Assembly (NCBI GenBank): GCA_963813995.1
Contig: CAWFAZ010000037.1
Coordinates: 7,430 to 71,429 of the forward strand
Length of the DNA stretch: 64,000 nt
Source of the DNA: an uncultured Verrucomicrobiae bacterium
GTDB taxonomy: Bacteria > Verrucomicrobiota > Verrucomicrobiia > Limisphaerales > Palsa-1400
Reading direction: 5' to 3'
Shown here: positions 61,566 through 64,000 of the stretch, in pieces
Numbering within the stretch: position 1 is the stretch's first letter
Layout of the letters: the number at the start of each line of letters is the position of its first letter
Translations under genes and position numbers: made by a program
The notes under the pieces: model-generated
What the model saw: the letters and a program-made list of their open reading frames with translations, nothing else
The model's database searches: none
What the model was told of the DNA's origin: nothing

Positions 61566-62116
61566 GGCACAACTCCGTTTCTGGCCAGTTCTTCGGCCAT
61601 GGTTTTGAGCGCGTGATGCAGGAGGTAACCGACGTGGCCGGTCTTCAGGCCGGTGCGCTCGCTGATTTCCTTGTAGGAGAGGTTCTCATTGAACTTGAGC
61701 CGGATCAATTCGCGGCTGCGCTCGTCCAGGGTTTCCAGCACCAACCGCACCAGGCCGATGCCTTCCGAGCGGACAATTTGTTCATCGGGCAAGGGCAGGG
61801 GATCAGCGGGATCGCTGGCCGGCAGCGAGCCGTCACGGGCGTTGACTTCGAGCGGGACAATTTTTCCGGCCTGTCGCCGGTGGTTCAAGGCGAGATTATG
61901 CACGGTTCGGTAGAGCCAGCGCCTCGGCTCGCGCACCTCTTTGAACTGTGCCTGCAATTTCATAAACGCTTCCTGAACCGAGTCCTCCGCCGCGCCCAAT
62001 TCGCCGGCCAGGCGCAAGGCATAACTCAACAGGGGCGACTCCAGAGCCAAAAACAGCTCCTGAATCGTTTCGCATCCCGGCACTGCTCTGGCCTGGTCTG
62101 GTTGCATCATAGCCAC
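61562..62116 (-). CDS. ECF-type RNA polymerase sigma-70 factor
   Basis: 184 aa. Region 2 (EDSVQEAFMKL..WLYRTVHNLALNHRR) and a region 4 HTH (LSYKEISERTGLKTGHVGYLLHHALKTMAEEL). Confidence 0.9.
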   Translation of the reverse strand: MAMMQPDQARAVPGCETIQELFLALESPLLSYALRLAGELGAAEDSVQEAFMKLQAQFKEVREPRRWLYRTVHNLALNHRRQAGKIVPLEVNARDGSLPASDPADPLPLPDEQIVRSEGIGLVRLVLETLDERSRELIRLKFNENLSYKEISERTGLKTGHVGYLLHHALKTMAEELARNGVVP

Positions 62117-62252
62117 GCTGGGCCCAATCCGCTGCTCCCGTGGGATTCTGCGGCAAGCCCGGCATCCTTTTGGTCGTGAGCGGACACCATGTTCATATAC
62201 ACTGACACCGGACGCCGCACTTTCTTAGAAGAAAAGCCGGGAATAATTGACG

Positions 62253-62340
62253 TGGTGCCGGAGGCGGGACTCGAACCCGCACGCCCTGTTACGGGCCCAG
62301 GATTTTAAGTCCTGTGCGTCTGCCATTTCGCCACTCCGGC
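62253..62340 (-). tRNA. tRNA-Leu (anticodon UAA), CCA encoded
   Basis: The minus strand reads GCCGGAG TG GCG AAATGGCAGA CGC A CAGGA CTTAAAA TCCTG GGCCCGTAACAGGGCGT GCGGG TTCGAGT CCCGC CTCCGGC ACCA. It has a 7-bp acceptor stem, an anticodon loop CU-UAA-AA, the long variable arm typical of Leu, and a canonical T-loop. Confidence 0.95.
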
Positions 62341-62521
62341 AACCGCTCATCACCGTGCCACAAGCCATTGCGGAGATGCAAGCTCTCAGCCGGGGGGTGT
62401 CAGGGCAGATGCATCTAAAATTGACATGCCGAATCTTTGCGTCTTTGCCCTTTGCGTTGTTCTTTTTTTGCATAATGAATGCGCTTTGCGTTTTTGTCCG
62501 GGCACAGGTAAACTATCGAAA

Positions 62522-62722
62522 ATGAGCGTTCAGGAGATCAAAGAGGCGGTGCAACATCTCAGCCTGGAGGAGCGGGCGGAAATCGCGGCCTGTCTTCATT
62601 CGTGGAACGACGACGCGTGGGATGAACAGATGAAACGCGATTTGGCCTCCGGCAAACTCGACAAAATTCTGGCCCGGGTGGACGCGGACATTGCGGAAAA
62701 CAAAATTGGCGGCATGCCGTGA
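62522..62722 (+). CDS. Type II antitoxin-like small protein
   Basis: 66 aa from ATG 62522. MSVQEIKEAVQHLSLEERAEIAACL..DAWDEQMKRDLASGKLDKILARVDADIAENK matches the addiction-module-component pattern (LS.eER..la..l + W D.qi..D...GkLD). GTGA overlap with the toxin gene. Confidence 0.7.
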   Translation: MSVQEIKEAVQHLSLEERAEIAACLHSWNDDAWDEQMKRDLASGKLDKILARVDADIAENKIGGMP

Positions 62723-62982
62723 TTTCGCGGACGCACGCTCAATTTTGGGATGCTTCGATGCTCTGCCGGAGGACATCCAACGGATTGCAAGAGAAGTATC
62801 GGCTATGGGAGCAGGATTGTTTTCATTCATCGCTCCATTTCAAATTGCAGGATGATGTCTGGTCGGTCAGAATCAACCAGAGTTATCGGGCTTTGGGCCG
62901 ACGCAAAGGAGCGTTGATCGTGTGGTTCTGGATCGGCACCCACGCGGAGTACGATAAGCTGGTGAAGCACGCATCATTTTGA
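62719..62982 (+). CDS. RelE/ParE-superfamily toxin-like protein, with a 15-codon internal stretch apparently out of frame
   Basis: The C-terminal two thirds (EKYRLWEQDCFHSSLHFKLQDDVWSVRINQSYRALGRRKGALIVWFWIGTHAEYDKLV) fit the hPSL.FKk...WSvRi...yRAlG....i.WfWIG.H.eYd pattern. Residues 12-25 (ASMLCRRTSNGLQ) do not fit. The alternative frame at 62751-62795 reads CFDALPEDIQRIARE, which does fit. Confidence 0.65.
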   Translation: MISRTHAQFWDASMLCRRTSNGLQEKYRLWEQDCFHSSLHFKLQDDVWSVRINQSYRALGRRKGALIVWFWIGTHAEYDKLVKHASF

Positions 62983-63245
62983 TTCAAGCACGGCGTCGAA
63001 CACGAGGGCAAGACCTGCACCATGGATGCGCCGGAATTCCAGCAAGTCACGCTGAAAGTGCTGCGCTGGGAAGAACGGGACAAACGCCTGGTCATCAAAG
63101 AGGCCCAAATTGTGGCCTGAGCAACGGGGTGAAGGGGCTGCGGGGGAGCCGGGCGCAGCCCGGCCCCCGTCGCCCTTAACCTTGTTTAATAGTCTAATAA
63201 CTGTCCCCGAAATTGAAGAAACTGCGATTCTGCGGGACTGACCCG

Positions 63246-63764
63246 TTAGCGTTCAGGAAATGCCGCGTCGAAATCGTACCCCCGTCGAAAATCGTCTTTA
63301 GTGTCCCCAGGTTCCGCGGTTAGAAGTCCTGTGCCAATGAGGTTGAAAACGACCTCGCCAAAGTCCTCGCACGCGAATACGCCCCAAGAATTCAATACAG
63401 GTTTGGCTCGGTTGCCAAACAGCTCAAGAGCGTGGCGGCGAAGAGCCTGCAAAAGTGGGCCACCCGATGTATGGGTAGGGCTGAAATCCCCCGGAGCGCG
63501 TTCCTTCTCCCAAAGTTTAGTGCATGCTTCTAAAACGAAATGATAAGCGTCTATCGCATATCGGGCGTCGTGAGCAACGATTTCCAGCAAAGGGTCATCC
63601 TTTGTCATATATTCCCACATCTCGCCCGAAAGCACACGAGGAGAGGGCGTGAAGATAACCGATTTTGCACAGAACTCGCACAAATAGCGTCTTTTCTTTT
63701 TGTCGCCGATGATCTGAGTAATGGTAGCCTTCGCTTGGTGCTGATTACATTCGTTGCAGAGCAT
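63246..63764 (-). CDS. PVC-restricted hypothetical protein (Minf_1886/TIGR04138-like) with N-terminal CxxC..CxxC zinc ribbon
   Basis: The first in-frame ATG is at 63764 (MLCNECNQHQAKATITQII..YLCEFCA). The 63806 track start is TTG. The C-terminal part (HTSGGPLLQALRRHALELFGNRAKPVLNSWGVFACEDFGEVVFNLIGTGLL..DDFRRGYDFDAAF) matches my recollection of this family. The family name needs HMM confirmation. Confidence 0.6.
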   Translation of the reverse strand: MLCNECNQHQAKATITQIIGDKKKRRYLCEFCAKSVIFTPSPRVLSGEMWEYMTKDDPLLEIVAHDARYAIDAYHFVLEACTKLWEKERAPGDFSPTHTSGGPLLQALRRHALELFGNRAKPVLNSWGVFACEDFGEVVFNLIGTGLLTAEPGDTKDDFRRGYDFDAAFPER

Positions 63765-63918
63765 GTGCTTTGTAGCCAGTATGGGAACAGAATGCCGCTC
63801 GCACAAGCATAGCTTTCACGCGATGCAAGGGGAACAGCGTCTGTGCTAGATTTTGTGCTAGTTTCATGGTCGGAACCTCGGACCTAAAATTCGAACGACT
63901 CAAGGACGGGAGCCACAG

Positions 63919-64000
63919 ATTGACACAGATGAACACAGATCAACTTCAGTTCAGTTCATGCGGATGGTCTTTCAGTGAATCTGTGTTCATCTGTGTTGAT
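63919..64000. repeat. REP-like palindrome (ACACAGAT-type arms), possibly truncated by window end
   Basis: ACACAGATGAACACAGAT (63923-63940) is perfectly complementary to ATCTGTGTTCATCTGTGT (63979-63996), with a 38-nt loop. The arms are made of tandem ACACAGAT-type units. Confidence 0.8.

Noticed and set aside
61000-62252. ECF-type autoregulated promoter upstream of the sigma gene
   Set aside because: The only GAAC...CGAC candidate (minus strand, about 62160-62185) has a spacer of ~14 nt instead of 16-17, so it is not convincing without TSS data.
62983-63120. 45 sense codons continuing in frame after the toxin stop (..MDAPEFQQVTLKVLRWEERDKRLVIKEAQIVA)
   Set aside because: It is too short, has no start or RBS context beyond an internal ATG (32 aa) and shows no recognisable family. 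It is mentioned only as a possible gene fragment.

Overview
High-GC (roughly 60%) chromosomal segment whose gene content points to a PVC-superphylum bacterium, most likely Verrucomicrobiota. Markers are a DUF1549/DUF1553 + DUF1501 pair, PEP-CTERM proteins, a PmoA-family/Gfo-Idh-MocA pair and a Minf_1886-like protein. I support about 50 genes, one tRNA-Leu(UAA), one intact IS4-family element and several REP-like palindromes. There is no CRISPR array and no rRNA. Main blocks: (1) envelope glycosyltransferases and aldolase-like genes (1-9.1 kb). (2) Sugar and housekeeping genes (uxaC, mpg, trmB, leuD, larE-like, glnS). (3) A surface-protein locus with a LamG/RCC1/Ig giant protein and tandem PEP-CTERM paralogs, one split by the IS (17-24.5 kb). 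(4) An Rrf2-headed operon encoding an orphan ABC ATPase, a UreG/HypB-like GTPase and a Cys-rich Fe-S protein (31.7-34.4 kb). (5) A DUF1553/DUF1501/PPC triad (36-41.4 kb). (6) A tightly coupled succinate-to-propionate operon (41.8-50 kb). (7) An ECF sigma / VWA-bearing anti-sigma / 1,983-aa two-lobed membrane protein operon (52.3-62.1 kb). I cannot assign block 7 to any described system and regard it as the best candidate for something new, with block 4 second. The window also carries an unusual number of gene-breaking lesions: single-nucleotide frameshifts, one TGG-to-TAG nonsense codon and one IS insertion. These are either real pseudogenisation or homopolymer assembly errors. Most long ORFs antisense to the called genes are high-GC shadow ORFs and were rejected. 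All domain calls come from motif recognition by eye; no searches were run.
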